Assembly: GCA_016713985.1 (NCBI GenBank)
Contig: JADJOD010000005.1
Location: forward strand, 40,012-104,011
Reading direction: 5' to 3'
Origin: Lewinellaceae bacterium
Lineage (GTDB): Bacteria; Bacteroidota; Bacteroidia; Chitinophagales; Saprospiraceae
DNA length: 64,000 nt
The notes beneath the pieces were generated by a model that made no database searches, had not been told where the DNA came from, and worked only from the letters and a program-made list of their open reading frames with translations. The position numbers were made by a program, and so were the translations under genes. Positions 9,549 to 22,200 of the stretch are shown here, one piece after another. Position 1 is the first letter of the stretch. Each line of letters opens with the position of its first letter.

Positions 9549-12500
9549 TTATTTCAGCAAATCGGCCGGCGATTTGCCGAACCGCTCCCGGAAAATCTGC
9601 GAAAAATGCTTCTCATCGCGGAAACCGACGGCCCAGGCGGCTTCCTTCAACGATTGTACCTGTCGTTGTTCCAGCAGGCGGCGGGCTTCCTGCAAACGCA
9701 CCTCGCGGATATAGGCGTTGGGCGCCAGGCCGGTGAGGCGGTTGATGCGGCGTTGCAACTGGCGCTCGCCGAGATACAGGCGCCCGGCCAGCCAGGTAAC
9801 GGAAATCTGGTCGTTTTGCAATTCCCGGCGCACCAGTGTTTCCAGTTCCTCCAGCCAGGCCAGTTCGGAAGCGGTGGGTTCGTCGGCAATGGCTTCCGGC
9901 ACTTCCGCCGGAGCGCCTGCCCCGGGAAGTTCAGCGGCTTCCACGCGCCAGCGTTCACGCCCGCGAAAACCTTCCAGCAACGCGGCCACGCGGGCGAGCA
10001 ACTCCTCTTCCTCAAAAGGTTTGAGCAGGTAGTCGTCCACACCGATACGCAAGGCGCGCAACTGGTCCTGCACTTCGGCTCGGGCGGTGAGCATAATCAC
10101 CGGAATATGTTGGTATTGCGCATGGTTTTTCAGGTTTTCCAGCAATTGAAAACCATCCATCACCGGCATCATGATGTCGCTGATAATTAAATGAGGAGTT
10201 AGGAATGATGAGTGATGAATGATGAGTGATGAATGATGAGTGATGAATGATGAATCTTTCGGGTTTCCATTCATCATTCCTGATTCATCATTCATCATTC
10301 CTAACTCATCATTCATCATTAACAATGCTTCCTGCCCGTTTTCAGCGGTGGCGACATGGTATTTTTCCGATAAAATCAGCTGAATATAATCCCGCAGGCT
10401 TTTGTTGTCTTCCACCACCAACACGGTATGCTCTTTATGTCCGGCGGCGATGGTCACGGGCCTTGCGACGTCCGGCCCCGTTTCGTCCTCTTCAATGGCC
10501 TCCCCTTCTTCCGCAGTCACCACACCAAGCACTTCTTTTTGCGGAATTTCCAGGAAAAACCGGCTGCCGGCGCCGGGTTCGGGGCTTTCGACCCAAATCC
10601 GGCCCTGCATCAGTTCGGCCAGTTCCTTGCAAAGCGCCAGCCCGATGCCGGTGCCGCCTTCGGTGGGGGCATTGGGTTGCGCGGACTGATAAAAACGATT
10701 AAAAACATGCGGCAGGTCGTCGGGATGGATGCCACGCCCGGTATCGCTCACGGTCAGACGGAGGGTATGCGCCAGGTTTTCCACCGCCAGGCCCACTGTG
10801 CCGCCGGCATCGGAGGGGGTGAATTTCAGGGCATTGGAGAACAGGTTGTTGAGGATGGTTTCCAGTTTGGCCGCATCGACGAGGATACGCAGGTCTTTTT
10901 CCGGTTGAAACTGGAAAATGAAACGAATGCCCCGCTGGTCGGCATGACTTTCAAAAGCGGCGACGATACGGCGCAGCAAGGGGTACAATAACACGGGGGA
11001 TTCGTGCAATTCGAGTTTGCCGCTTTCTAATTTGCTGAGATCGAGGATCTGGTTGACCAGCTGGAGCAATTGCTTAGCATGTAACTGGGCGAGTTTGGCG
11101 AGAGTAAAATCCTGATTTTCAAGCCTTTTTCGTTTGATCATGGTGCCGATAGGGCCGAGCAGCAGCGAAAGGGGGGTGCGTAATTCGTGGCTGACATTGG
11201 CAAAAAAATTGGATTTTATCTTGTCTAAGTGCCGCAGTTCTGCCGCTTGTTTTTCGATGGTTTTTTTATCCTGTTCGATGCGGTCGGTCGCTTTGGCAAC
11301 CAGCACCTCTAATTTTTTTTGTTCCAGGATGTGTTGCCGGTGTCGCCGGCGAATATAAACCCGTATGCCGGCGCCCAGCAACAGCGCAGCCAGAATCAGG
11401 AACCACCACTGCAAGTACCAGGGCCGCAGCACCCGGACGGTAAGTGCCACTTCTTCCGACCATTGGCCGTCGGCAGCCCGTGCTTTGATGCGAAGCCGGT
11501 AGGTTCCGTATGGCACCCCCCCGAAGTTAAAATTTCGTTCTTTTTGGTAGTGCCAATCCTCGTCCAAACCTTCTATTTTCCAGGCATACTGGATCAGTTG
11601 TGTTTCGTCGTAACTCAGGAGTGCCAGTTCGAGGTTAAAAAAGCGGTCGTCGGGCCGGATCACGATTTCACGGGTGCGCAGCAACTCCTCCGTACGATCT
11701 TCGAGTTTGTTGGATACCCCTTCCAGTTGCTGAAAAGTGGTGATTTTCAACGGACTATGTGCTGTTTCCTTTTCATCCCGGGCAAAATCGGCGGGATTAA
11801 AAGCCGTAATTCCGTTGAGGCCGCCAAAATACATCACCCCGTTCGAATCCTGAAAATGAGACATGCGGTTGAATTCGGCATCCGTTATGCCGTCGGAAAC
11901 GTAATAGGTTTTGCCTCCCCCGTTTTTTTATCCAAACGAATGATGCCGTTGTCGGTGGGCATCCACAACTTGCCTTGTTTGTCCTCGTGAACGGCGTAAA
12001 TAAAATCATTCGACAAACTGTTGGCGCGGTTGTACCATTTGCCCGTTTTTTCGCTCCAAACCGGATACCGCCTGCCGTCGCTTCCGGTTTGGGATGCTGC
12101 ACGCACCAATCCGGTCGCCGTGGCGAACCAAAACACCCCGTCTGCATCGATGCAAAAATGCAGGAAGTTGAGGGCGGGCAGGAAAGAAGCGCCGGTGCCG
12201 CCCGACCAATACCGGGCGACCACACCTTTTTGCGGGTCGATTTGATAAAATCCGTTGCCGGCACAGGCCCACAAGGTCCCGGATTTGTCCTGTTCGATAT
12301 AGTGAACAAGCGCGGTAGAGAGCTCGCGGAAATTATTGTACTGGGTATAAGGCGCCAGGCTTGTTGCGCCGGGCGGGCAGGTATAAAGCCCCTTTTTCAA
12401 GGTGCCGACCCACAGTTTTCCCGTATTGTCTTCACAGATACCCCATACTTCGCTGTCTATCGGGAATTTGAGTACGGAATTTGCGCCGGGATTAAAACGG

Positions 12501-13825
12501 AGCAGGGCGTCTTGTTTTCCGATCAGGATATCGCCGTTTTTGGCGAACAAGAGTGCGTGGTAGCTCCATCCCGATCCCGTAGCTTCCAACCGGTGGCTTT
12601 GCCCGCTGCGGAGATCCAGTTCAAAACACCCGTTCCTTTCCAGGTTTGCATACAGTTTGCCCTGTGCAGCCAGGATACCGCGTATCGTAAATCCCTGGCC
12701 GGGTTTTATATCTTTTGTATAAAAATAGCGCTTAAAACGGTTTTTTTTGATCTGCAGGATGTAAAAACCGAAATCGTCGCCCAACCAATACCGGCCGGTA
12801 TTGTCTTGCATGAAAGAGCGCCACATAAAATTGTTCCGGTCGTGTTTGCTGAAATCCCAGGCGGCTATTTCCACACCTGCAGGGTCTACAAGGCGGTTGT
12901 GAATTATAAAGGTGCCGTCGTTTCCAAAGGGAACGATGAGTGCGGGGTGTGGCGCGTTGGCGTCCGTTAAACCTGCCGGAGTATAGGGTTGTTTTTCTCC
13001 TTTCAGGTTATAAAAAATCAGTTTTTCCTTGCCGCCTGCGGGTTTTGTAATGGTTAATAAGCCCTTATCGGATATGGACCAGTTGCCATACAGCCAGGAA
13101 TTTTCGATCAGTTTTAATACCTTGCCCGAGCGGTCCAGGAGTACCATTTTGTGGTCGTCTGCCCGGGCCCAAATCGTTTTGTCCGGCGTAAAATAGACCG
13201 GGATAATGTTGCGCAATCCGGCAATCTGAAGGGCCTGAACGCCGTTTGCCGGGTGATACAGGAACAACAGATTGGTATCCCGGGCGGACATCCACATCAC
13301 GCCCTCGTCGTCGCGCCGGATATAGAGGTTTAAAGGGGTTTCGCTGAACTCCGGCGCGGATGTTCCGAATTTTTCTGGAAGCGAGCGTATTTCACCGCGT
13401 TCGGGATGGAAGAGGCAAATTTCTTTTAGTCCCTGTTTTTGTCCTTCCTGCCCTTGCAACCACAACCAGCCTTCTGTGTCTTCGGCAACCGTCAGAATAT
13501 TATTAAACGGGAGCCCGTCTTTTTCTTTGGTATACGGGCGGAAAGAGTAACCGTCGAATCGGTTGAGTCCGTTGAGTGTCCCGATCCAAACAAAACCGTG
13601 GCGGTCCTGACAAATGGCGTTGACCTGCCGGTGCGACAGGCCCTGGTCGATGTTGTAATATTGTACTTTGGCAATATACTCCTGGGCCGCGAGCGGCCAG
13701 GCAGTAGCCATGGCCAACAAACCAAAAAACGTGATCCCGAAACGGGCAAACGGGTATGGAAGTGCCAACATCATTCTTTCATTTGTGCGGCGGGGAAGTG
13801 TTCCGGATGCCGGTGCAAGAGCCAC
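9549..13825 (-). pseudogene. Hybrid two-component system sensor kinase/response regulator with AraC-type HTH (HTCS #1). The frame is broken once, and a palindromic repeat is inserted in the receiver domain.
   Basis: The N-terminal ORF 11885..13825 holds periplasmic propeller repeats. ORF 9549..11864 holds a Y_Y_Y-like region, a TM segment, the H-box SHELRTPLSLLLG, the G-box GGTGIGLALCKELAELMQG, a REC domain (VLVVEDNKSLRDYI...IISDIMMPVMDG...PVIMLTARA) and an AraC HTH (YIREVRLQEARRLLE...GFRDEKHFSQIFRERFGKSP). The ORFs join as ...DKKTGEAK-TYYVSDGITDAEFNRMSHFQDSNGVMYFGG if one base is added to the T4 run at 11909-11912. The gene is colinear with the intact paralog at 25093..29151. The start may be at 13774. 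Confidence 0.85.
10194..10322. repeat. Palindromic AATGATGA-rich repeat element (~129 bp = 43 codons) inserted in frame within the REC domain of HTCS #1
   Basis: The outer arms are gagttaggaatgatga / tcatcattcctaactc. An inner hairpin is gaatgatgaat...attcatcattc. There are three tandem 14-bp units (gatgagtgatgaat). The coding frame translates it as NDELGMMNDESGMMNGNPKDSSFITHHSSLIIHHSSFLTP. The paralog has only ~10 aa at this position. Confidence 0.85.
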
Positions 13826-14010
13826 AAAAATAAAGAAAGAATATCATGTGGGTACATTACTCCTTCAGCAACGCCTCCGGCGCCTGCGTCTTTGGTAAAA
13901 CCCGGATTTACCTGACCGCCAACATCTTTCGCGCGACACTTCCCCAACCGGTCACCAGCTCGGCGTACAATATCCCTGAAGCACCTTCCGGCCGCAGCGA
14001 CACTTCGTGT

Positions 14011-16179
14011 TTACCCGCTGCGTATCAATTTGCCGCCGCTTTGTAATACCGTGAATTTGAGCCGGAAAACCGGGGCGTTTTCGCTGACAAAAACACCCGC
14101 TGCCTGCGACCAAACCACCCGAATCTCCCCGTCGGCAATATGGTATGTGCCAAAATGCTCCATCGCGAGTGGTAGCGCCGCAAAGGGCTGAATTTCAACA
14201 AATTGTAACTGATTCGGGTCAAAACGCAGGGCCATTTGGAAGGCCGCCAGGTCGTCCGTTTGGCCTGCGATGAATTCAACGACGACTTCTGCTCCCACCT
14301 CCAGGGTTTGCTCTTTTACCCGCCAGACCAGCGCATTGCCCGAACCGCTGAGGTTGGCGGGATTAGCCGTCGGCGTCACCACGTCACCGGTTTTGAAACC
14401 GTAAAAATCCTTGCCGGCCTGGTTGCCCGATACGTTCGTCAGTACGATGGTTTCCGGAAAACCCCACGGCGGATTGTTCATCGTATAACCCGCCGGCGCA
14501 AACCGCCACGAGGTTTTGATCTGCAACAGCGACGACTGGTTGCCCAGCAAGGCCTGGTTGATCAGCGATGCGTCGAGGCTTGTGACGGAGTTGCTTTTGT
14601 TCACGTCCGCCGCCACGATTTTATACGGGTCTGTGATCAACACCGCATTGGCCACGTGCTGCTGAATGGCCGTCGCGTCGGCGGTTGTCAGGCCATTCAA
14701 CTTGTTGATGTTTTTGGTCGGCGTGATCGTAAAACTCCCGGTATTTACGGTTGTGGTAAAATTGTAATTGCCGTCCGTGCCGGTCGTCATGTTTTCCGTC
14801 GCCGATCCACTGAGCGCTACCCCGGTGGTATTCACGCCCTGGTTGGGATCGGGTTGCCATTTGATCGCGCCGCTGATATTGATGTTGCAGCCGCCCACCG
14901 TGACGGTGAACGAACAATTGCCCGTATGACCTTCCGCGTCGGTCGCGTGCCAAACAACGGTGGTGATCGTGTTGCTCTGAAACACGTAACCGGCGAGTGA
15001 CGACCCGTTGTTCAGGCTGTTGCTGTTGTCTGTTATCACGCCGCAATTGTCGACGGCCGTCGCGTCGAACTCGTTGCCGGCACTCGTGTACATACAACCT
15101 GCGCCGCCGGGTGTGCGTATGGCGTCGGCCGGGCAGGTCATCGTGGGGATTTCACTGTCATTAACCGCCACCGTGAAGGAACATTCGGCGTTGCCGCCGC
15201 CCGCTTCGCCAGTATTAACGGTGTAGGTTACGGTTGTTGTTCCTGCGTTAAATAATTGATTTACAGGTACATTTCCGATGCCGCCGCCGGTCGTCGCCCC
15301 CGTAAGCAGGTAGGTGTGTAAATTACTGCATTGATCCGGCGAACCGGCCAGGCCAATGCCCGTCACGATTGCCGAGCAGTTGCCTGCGCCGTCGTCGCCG
15401 GTGCCGGCCGTTTTGCCTGCCGGGCAATTGGCCGTCGGGGGGAGGTTATCGGATACGTTCACGGTAATCATTTGCACATCCGAGTAGCCGGATTGGTCCG
15501 TCACTTCCACCTGCACTTCGTATTTGTTGTCGCCGTTTGCATCGGCCGGGTTTTCAAAATCAGGCTCAACATTGAACCATGATAAAATGCCCCATTGCAC
15601 GTCAATACTGAATTTTGACGCATCCGGGCCGCCCGTTATGCTGAAAGTCAGGCCGTCTGCCTCCACGTTTGCATTATCCGAGGCCTGCACGTCGTGGAGT
15701 GTGTCGGGGCAGGAAAGTTCGATAAAATCAACACTTGCGGGGGACGAAATAAACGGCTTTTCACTCGGCGCAAAATGGAGCGGGAGGGGATTGCCGGGAC
15801 TCCCCAGCACTTGCAGGTGTTTAAAAACAATGGTGTCGGAGGATTCGTACAATTGGTTTTGAATCAATAAATAAGCGCGGAATGAGAGCGAGTCGCCCGC
15901 ATAACTGTTGCTGTACAAAGTCAGGAAATAATACGCCTGGCCATCGCCCGGCAACAATGCTTCGGCTCTTCCGCGCACCACACCGTCGTGAAAAGCGGCG
16001 ATGACATTGTCCGGCGTGTGGTCGGGCTGCCCGCCCACTTGCAACCGGGCTACCACGTTCATGCTGAACTGGTAGTCGGCCGCGTTGACCGCCCAGGCGG
16101 GTTGCGCCAGTGCGTTTTGCACCGGCGCACAAAGCGCGCAAATCAAAAACAGCCACTTGTTTATGACGCGATGTGTCAT
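14011..16179 (-). CDS. Secreted cadherin-like / HYR-like repeat protein with dockerin-like and cohesin-like C-terminal modules; no T9SS CTD seen
   Basis: The signal peptide is MTHRVINKWLFLICALCAPVQNALAQ. A cadherin-like segment reads DFENPADANGDNKYEVQVEVTDQSGYSDVQMITVNVSD. Cys-containing HYR-like modules include GNCSFTVTV. The dockerin-like segment is ADVNKSNSVTSLDASLINQALLG. The C-terminus is colinear with gene 1..3873 but stops before the CTD. Confidence 0.75.
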   Translation of the reverse strand: MTHRVINKWLFLICALCAPVQNALAQPAWAVNAADYQFSMNVVARLQVGGQPDHTPDNVIAAFHDGVVRGRAEALLPGDGQAYYFLTLYSNSYAGDSLSFRAYLLIQNQLYESSDTIVFKHLQVLGSPGNPLPLHFAPSEKPFISSPASVDFIELSCPDTLHDVQASDNANVEADGLTFSITGGPDASKFSIDVQWGILSWFNVEPDFENPADANGDNKYEVQVEVTDQSGYSDVQMITVNVSDNLPPTANCPAGKTAGTGDDGAGNCSAIVTGIGLAGSPDQCSNLHTYLLTGATTGGGIGNVPVNQLFNAGTTTVTYTVNTGEAGGGNAECSFTVAVNDSEIPTMTCPADAIRTPGGAGCMYTSAGNEFDATAVDNCGVITDNSNSLNNGSSLAGYVFQSNTITTVVWHATDAEGHTGNCSFTVTVGGCNINISGAIKWQPDPNQGVNTTGVALSGSATENMTTGTDGNYNFTTTVNTGSFTITPTKNINKLNGLTTADATAIQQHVANAVLITDPYKIVAADVNKSNSVTSLDASLINQALLGNQSSLLQIKTSWRFAPAGYTMNNPPWGFPETIVLTNVSGNQAGKDFYGFKTGDVVTPTANPANLSGSGNALVWRVKEQTLEVGAEVVVEFIAGQTDDLAAFQMALRFDPNQLQFVEIQPFAALPLAMEHFGTYHIADGEIRVVWSQAAGVFVSENAPVFRLKFTVLQSGGKLIRSG

Positions 16180-16247
16180 GGTTTGTATCTTGTATAAAGT
16201 TTATTGTTCAGACTTGCGAGCCCCCCGCCACAGTGAAATGTCATTGC

Positions 16248-19200
16248 CTACTCCCGCACCACTTTTCGCGCCATCGTGCCTTCCGCCGATTCCATTTTTA
16301 CAAAATAAACCCCGGCTGGAAGTGATTTTTCCGGCAGCCATGTGTATACGTTTTTCCCTTGCCGCACTTCCCAGCGGAAGTGCTCCAGTGCCCGGCCCGA
16401 AACATCCGTAATGAAGACGTCCAGTTCCCCGCCGTGGTCGGCGTCATAAAGCAAGGTTGTCGCCTCGTTGAACGGATTGGGCTGTATATCAAAGCGTTGC
16501 GATATCGAAAGGTTGGCAATAGCACTTGTTTGCAACGTAAACGGAACGGGGTCTTCGATGGTCCCCTGGTGCAGGTCGGAGGCGAAATACATCGTCTCCG
16601 ACAAGTCGTTGATGCTGCCGTCGGCCGGATCGTACAGTTTGAAATGCAGCAATTCGCCCGTTGTGTTGGCATAGGTCGTCAGGAAATACAGGTGCGCGCC
16701 GAGGGGCTCCACCCACACCGCCTGCGCCGCGCCGCGCAGTTCGCCGCCTGCAAATGCGCCGAGTTCCGTGTTCGAAGGCGTGGTATTCTCCCCGTTTTGC
16801 GAACGCATTCCGATCAGCGTCATACTGTGTTCGTACTGCGCCGGGTTTACCTGCCAGAAAGCCGTCGCCGTCGGGTCGCCACGTTCGTCCACCGGCCCGT
16901 CCGGTTTGAAATGGTCGTCGGGATAGGTCAGGGCGCCGGCATTGCCCAGGCGAATTTGATAACCCAGCGGGGGTTGCATAAATTTCAGGTTGCCCAGCCA
17001 GCCGAAGCCGCTGATATACTGCGCGAAAGCGGTCTGGCTTTTGATGATGTCGCCGTTTTGGGGTGTCAGCGACGAGAGGGCCTCGTTCACCGGGAGGGCG
17101 AAATTCGGCAGGTAGCCCAGCCAATTCCAGCCGCTCACTAACGGAATGTTCACCGACGACGGGTCGATCAGATTGCCCAGCATGTTCAGGGTATCCGGTT
17201 GGTCGGCCCGGAACTGATACATCGTGGTGTTTGTCAGCGACGTGAGCGAACCGAACCAGCCGCTGCTGTACATCGAAAACACGCTTTGGCCTTTGATCAG
17301 GTCGTTGTCCGGGTGGTTCAGCGACGCCAAAGTCGGGTTAATCATCGGGTCCGGAAACGCGAGGTTGAACGACACCCAGTTCCAGCCGTCGCTGAACGGG
17401 ATTTCCCGCAGCACCAGGCTATTGGTATGCACCATTTGCGGCGCAATCGGCGTACCGATCACGTTGTCCGGCTGGAAGGTGAACACCTCCTGTACCGTGC
17501 CGTAACGCAGGCAGGCGGAAGCATCCCATATCTGGAGCAGCACCGGTTCGCCGGACTCATCCGATTCGCCGTAAATGGTGAGATAGGCCAGGTACTGATT
17601 CACCTGGGGCACGTACATTACGTGGGCCCGGCCGCGCAGTTCGTCGCCGATGTAGGCAGCCACAATATCCTCCGCATCCAGGGAAAATTCGCCCTCGATA
17701 TCGGGCTTCACCACCATGTTCATCGTCACTGGGTAAATACCCGCATCCAGGTCCCAGTCGGGCGGGCGGCACACCACACGAACACCAAAAGGCAAAGGTT
17801 CGTCGCCGCCCATGAAGAAGGGGTTGAGACCCGTTTCGGTGTGTAATACGATGGTATCGGCCCAGTGGCCGAAGGCCAGCGTGGAATCCACCTCGAATGT
17901 AATGGGGCGTACCTCATTGGCTACCAGCGTGCCCGAATTCGGCACCACACGCACCCAGTCGGGCGCCCCGGTAATGGTGAACGGCACCGGGTAACCGCCC
18001 CGGTTGTGGATACTGGCCGTCACCGTTTTGGTTTCGCCTTCATTTTTCGTCATGCCCGCGCTGTCCGTCAGCCAGGCCAGTTCGTTGCGGTCAACGTAAA
18101 ATTCCCATTCACTTTGCAGGAGGGTGTTTCCTGTTTTATCCTGTATGTCGTGCAATTCCGCCCGCAGGATATGGTTTTCAAAAAATTCGTTCTGAAAACT
18201 CGGATCGAGGACGATTTTGTTTTCAAAACAAGTGACGGCGATGTCGATAAGTTCCCCGGAAACGGCGTCGTAAAGCCCGACGTTATTGGGTTGTGTCACA
18301 TCCGCCGGGATCAGTTTGTCACAATTGATGTGTTTGTTGAAGGTGAAGGATATTTCGTCGCCGACCTGATATACTCCGTCCGAGGGCTGAGGCACACCGA
18401 CGAGGCTGGGCGGTTCCCGGTCGATACGCCCCTTAATAACCTGCGAAAAACCGGGTTTGTCGGAAGCGTCGCCGGTGCAAACGGCCACGGCACGTATCTC
18501 GTAGGGGCCGTCGGACAGGCCTTCCGTTTCCCAGAAAAACTGTGTGAATGTCGGCTGCAGTACGGGTGGTTTTGGATTGGGCAAGGCGGCGTACCCGGAC
18601 CAGTTGGGGTTGTAACGATCCGATATCCCCGGGATGTTGATCCACGCCCCGTCGCCATCGGAGCGCCGGTACTGCACCCGGACGAGTTGGAAGTCGGTGA
18701 CCGTGGTATCGTAGCCTGAAACGGTGATGCGCCGTTCGTTGTCGGGGCCGGGTGTAAGCGGGTCGGGAAAAATCACCCAGTCTTGCTCCGGAACGTTGAT
18801 GGCAACTTCGCTGCACGGGCGGATGAAGTGAGCGCTGATATAGATGGGCGAGTACAAAATGGTGTGATCATCCGGCGCAATACCAAGGGCGGTAGCCCGC
18901 TCATCTTCGCAGAGGGAGTAAAACACCACTTCCAGGCTGTCGTAGTCGTATTCCTCCGGTCCGCGCTCCAGCGTGATCGTAACCGGAATAGAAGTACCCC
19001 AGGGAATGGCATAAAGTACATAGCCATTTAGCGAACCCCCATTTACCTTGATTTGAGCGCCGTGCGGATTACTTTCCGGCCCGGCAGTGAGGGCATAGGT
19101 CCAGGTTTCGTTGGTGGAACTGGTGTTGCTCAGGGTCATTTTGAAGACTGCCGGCTCGTTGGCGGGAACATCCACTTTTACCGGGCCGTCGCCATCCCTC

Positions 19201-22200
19201 ATGGACAGCAGGCAACCTTCGCGGTGGGCGGTGCCCGGCTCCCAGGGGCAGGAGGATTGGCCCGCTGCCAGTCTGAAAATCGGTGTGTTATATACGGGAT
19301 CAAGACCTACATCAAAAGTAAAAAAATCGCCCATATCATCATCATTGAGCGTATATCCAACGGTAACGCCACTTTTGGCTTCTGTGCCGGCGCTTCTGCT
19401 AAAGGTCCTTGATTTTGAAAACTGGGCGTATGCGTTGAAACCCGCATTATTAAAGTATACGCCGGCGACAAATTCCCCTTCCGAACCCCGTATGCTGTCA
19501 CTGCTTACCAAAGTGGTATTTGTGGTATCCGAGGTAATGGAATACTCATAATTCGAGCCGGAGCCGAAAGTGATGTTTTCGTTGTACTGGGCGGTGTCTT
19601 TCCGGGTGCGGTTGTCAGCGATGATTTGGTTCCACCGCTGAATGGACAGGTTGTACGTGCTGGCATCATCGGGTGATGTACCGGGGTCGCTGGCCAGTTT
19701 TTCCAGGTTAGGAATTACATACTCCGTGATTTCAAATTCGGAGTAAATAAATTTCGTGGCAAAATCCCCCGGCGACACAAATACGGACTCGATGACCGAT
19801 GCTTCACAGTCTTCAAAAGTAACTTCATCTATATTGCCGAATTTCAGGTTTTGCGCAAACCCAACAAACACATCGCCGCCTTGTGCGTCGCCTACAATCA
19901 GGTCTCCATCGTTTGTCGAAACACGTTCATCAAAAGTGATGCAGGTCTGGTAGATCGTGTCTGTCAAATCCTGATAAGCGATAATACCGCCGCCGCTTCC
20001 TCCCAGTAATGGCGTAAAATCTTCCACGGTACCGATCAAGGGTAGCACGATTTCCAACTCTGGCAGTGTATTAAACTGAACCCCGCCGTGGTTGGCCGTA
20101 TCGATGGCAAAACCGACCGAGGTTTCATTACAAATGGTCGTGTTCTTTTCTATGAATGCATAACTGCCATCCCCCGGCGGGTCATGCAATACAAAGAAGG
20201 GGGTTTCCGGCAACTTGGTCGTGAAGGTCGTTTCCTTTATTCGTGTCCCGGTCACGACAGCCTGCACCACCAAACTGGTCTCATTACCACTCAGCGGAGT
20301 CGCGACAATCTGCATTGTTTTCAGATACGGCGGCGTTGAATTGGGAACCCCTACCGTAAAGGTGTATTGGAGCGTCCCCATACTCATAGCGGTGTCTTTT
20401 AACTCGTCGGCAAAGCCATTGATGATCTTGAAATGAGCGGTGTCCACATAACAATCGCCCCCGGCATATACTTCTTTAAGCCGGATAGTCATCGTCTTCT
20501 GCTCAAATTGGTCCATCACAATAACCTGACAATCAGGACTGTAAGCCTCCAGGCCGCTGCTTACCTCTATTACAGGAGGCGCATAGTAGATGAAATCGGT
20601 CACAGCAGTATCTTTTTGGGTCAAATCCGCCGTGATACCGCCCGACACCTGAAAAAACGTTTTGATGGCTGGATCGGAGTGTTCGGTCACGGCTACGGTC
20701 ATGGCGATGGGAGGCAAGTTGCCGAACTCAAATTTACCTTCTTCATTATCAAGCGTTATGATTCGTTCGAAACAGCCGTCCGTCGAACGCACTTTTACCG
20801 TACAAACGGTGCCCTGAGGGGTGCCGACATTTTTCAAAACCGGTTTTCTGCATTCGCCGCCAGCCACCTGGCCGGTTATTTTACGTGTTGTGATGTCGTT
20901 AAAAAGAATACCTGCAACAGGGTTGACGACATTGGCAAGGTCCCAAAAAGCAGGCGTGAATACGTGGTCTTCAAACTTCGGCGATAAGGTTACCGTAGCG
21001 CCGGGGTCCAGATCGATCAAAAATTTGCCGGTTGAGTCGCTGAAAATGGGTGGACTGTACGACTCGCCATTGATCAGAATTTCCACCTGCTCCGCAAAAC
21101 AATCGGTGTTTTTGTAGCGCACGAAACCCGATACCGCCACCGTCGAACGATCCGTAAAATCCACCTGGTCGACAGAAGTCACGCTGGGGTTGAGCGTCAC
21201 CTGGCGGGTGGTGGGGGTGAATTCGTGCGGCGTGGTGCTTTGATTCGGCGCAAAAGGCGACCATTCCGTGCCGAAACTGGTACCGGACCCGGTAAGCAGG
21301 GAGCCGCTGTTGTTCAGCCGGTTGCCGCTGCCTTCGTCGAAGGAGAAATAGGCGTGGAGGCCCCGTTCCTGCGGGTCGCGGGAAATTTGGGCGTGTTCCT
21401 GGATTTTGGCTTCCGTCAGCGTGGTGTCGTAAAAAGCCACTTCATCGATCAGGCCGTCAAAAAAAGCCGTGTAGCCGGCTCCTTGCTTGCGGGTGCCGAG
21501 AAGCCAGGTTTCCGTGGTATCCGACCAGTTTCCGCTTATACCGGAGAAGGTGAAAGAACCGATCGGGGCGCCGTTTTTGTAACCCGTCACGGTGCGATCG
21601 GCGCCACTGCTGTCGATGGTGAATGCCAGGTGCTGATAGCCATTTCCAAGCAATCCGAAATCCTGGTTTACGCCGTTGAAATGAATCCGGATGATGTTGT
21701 CGGTGCCGGATTGGGTCAGTACAAGGCGAAATTCGTTACTCGTATCCCATTTTTTGGACAAAATAACCTGATTGCCGTTGGGCGAAGCATTATTGACCCA
21801 TGCTTCGATGGTGGCTTTCGGAGGCAGCGAAAAATCGGGCAGGGTGGCATAATCCAGCATAGAGCGGTTGAATTTGAGCGCCCGGTGCCTGTAAAAATTC
21901 TTGAACGGCTCTGCCAGGAACGTGGTACCCGTGCCATAACTGGCCGATTCGATGCGATAGTAGCCGTCGTCATTGGTGATGGCCGATGTGCGCACGGGCG
22001 GGCGGTCAGTATCGAACTGCGCGCCGCAGAAATACAACTTGTTGCGTCGCACCACATCGAACGATTTGCTGCCTTGTTCCTCGTCCATTTTCCAGTACGT
22101 CATCAGTCCGGGGGTAGTGGACGAAGCCGTGCCTTCCATAATTTCTCCCAAATCCAGTTCATCCAGTTTTCGGGTATAAATTCGCAATTCATCCATCCGG

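Noticed and set aside
10194-10322. Possible CRISPR array, also considered for 37342-37431 and 5058-5100
   Set aside because: The units are 8-14 bp and directly abut each other with no unique spacers, and no cas genes are present. These are tandem or palindromic repeats, not CRISPR.
9285-10702. Plus-strand ORFs 9285..10190 and 10247..10702, among others, inside HTCS #1
   Set aside because: They are antisense to a gene with clear H-box, HATPase, REC and AraC motifs. ORF 10247..10702 begins by translating the palindromic AATGATGA element (FHSSFLIHHSSF).
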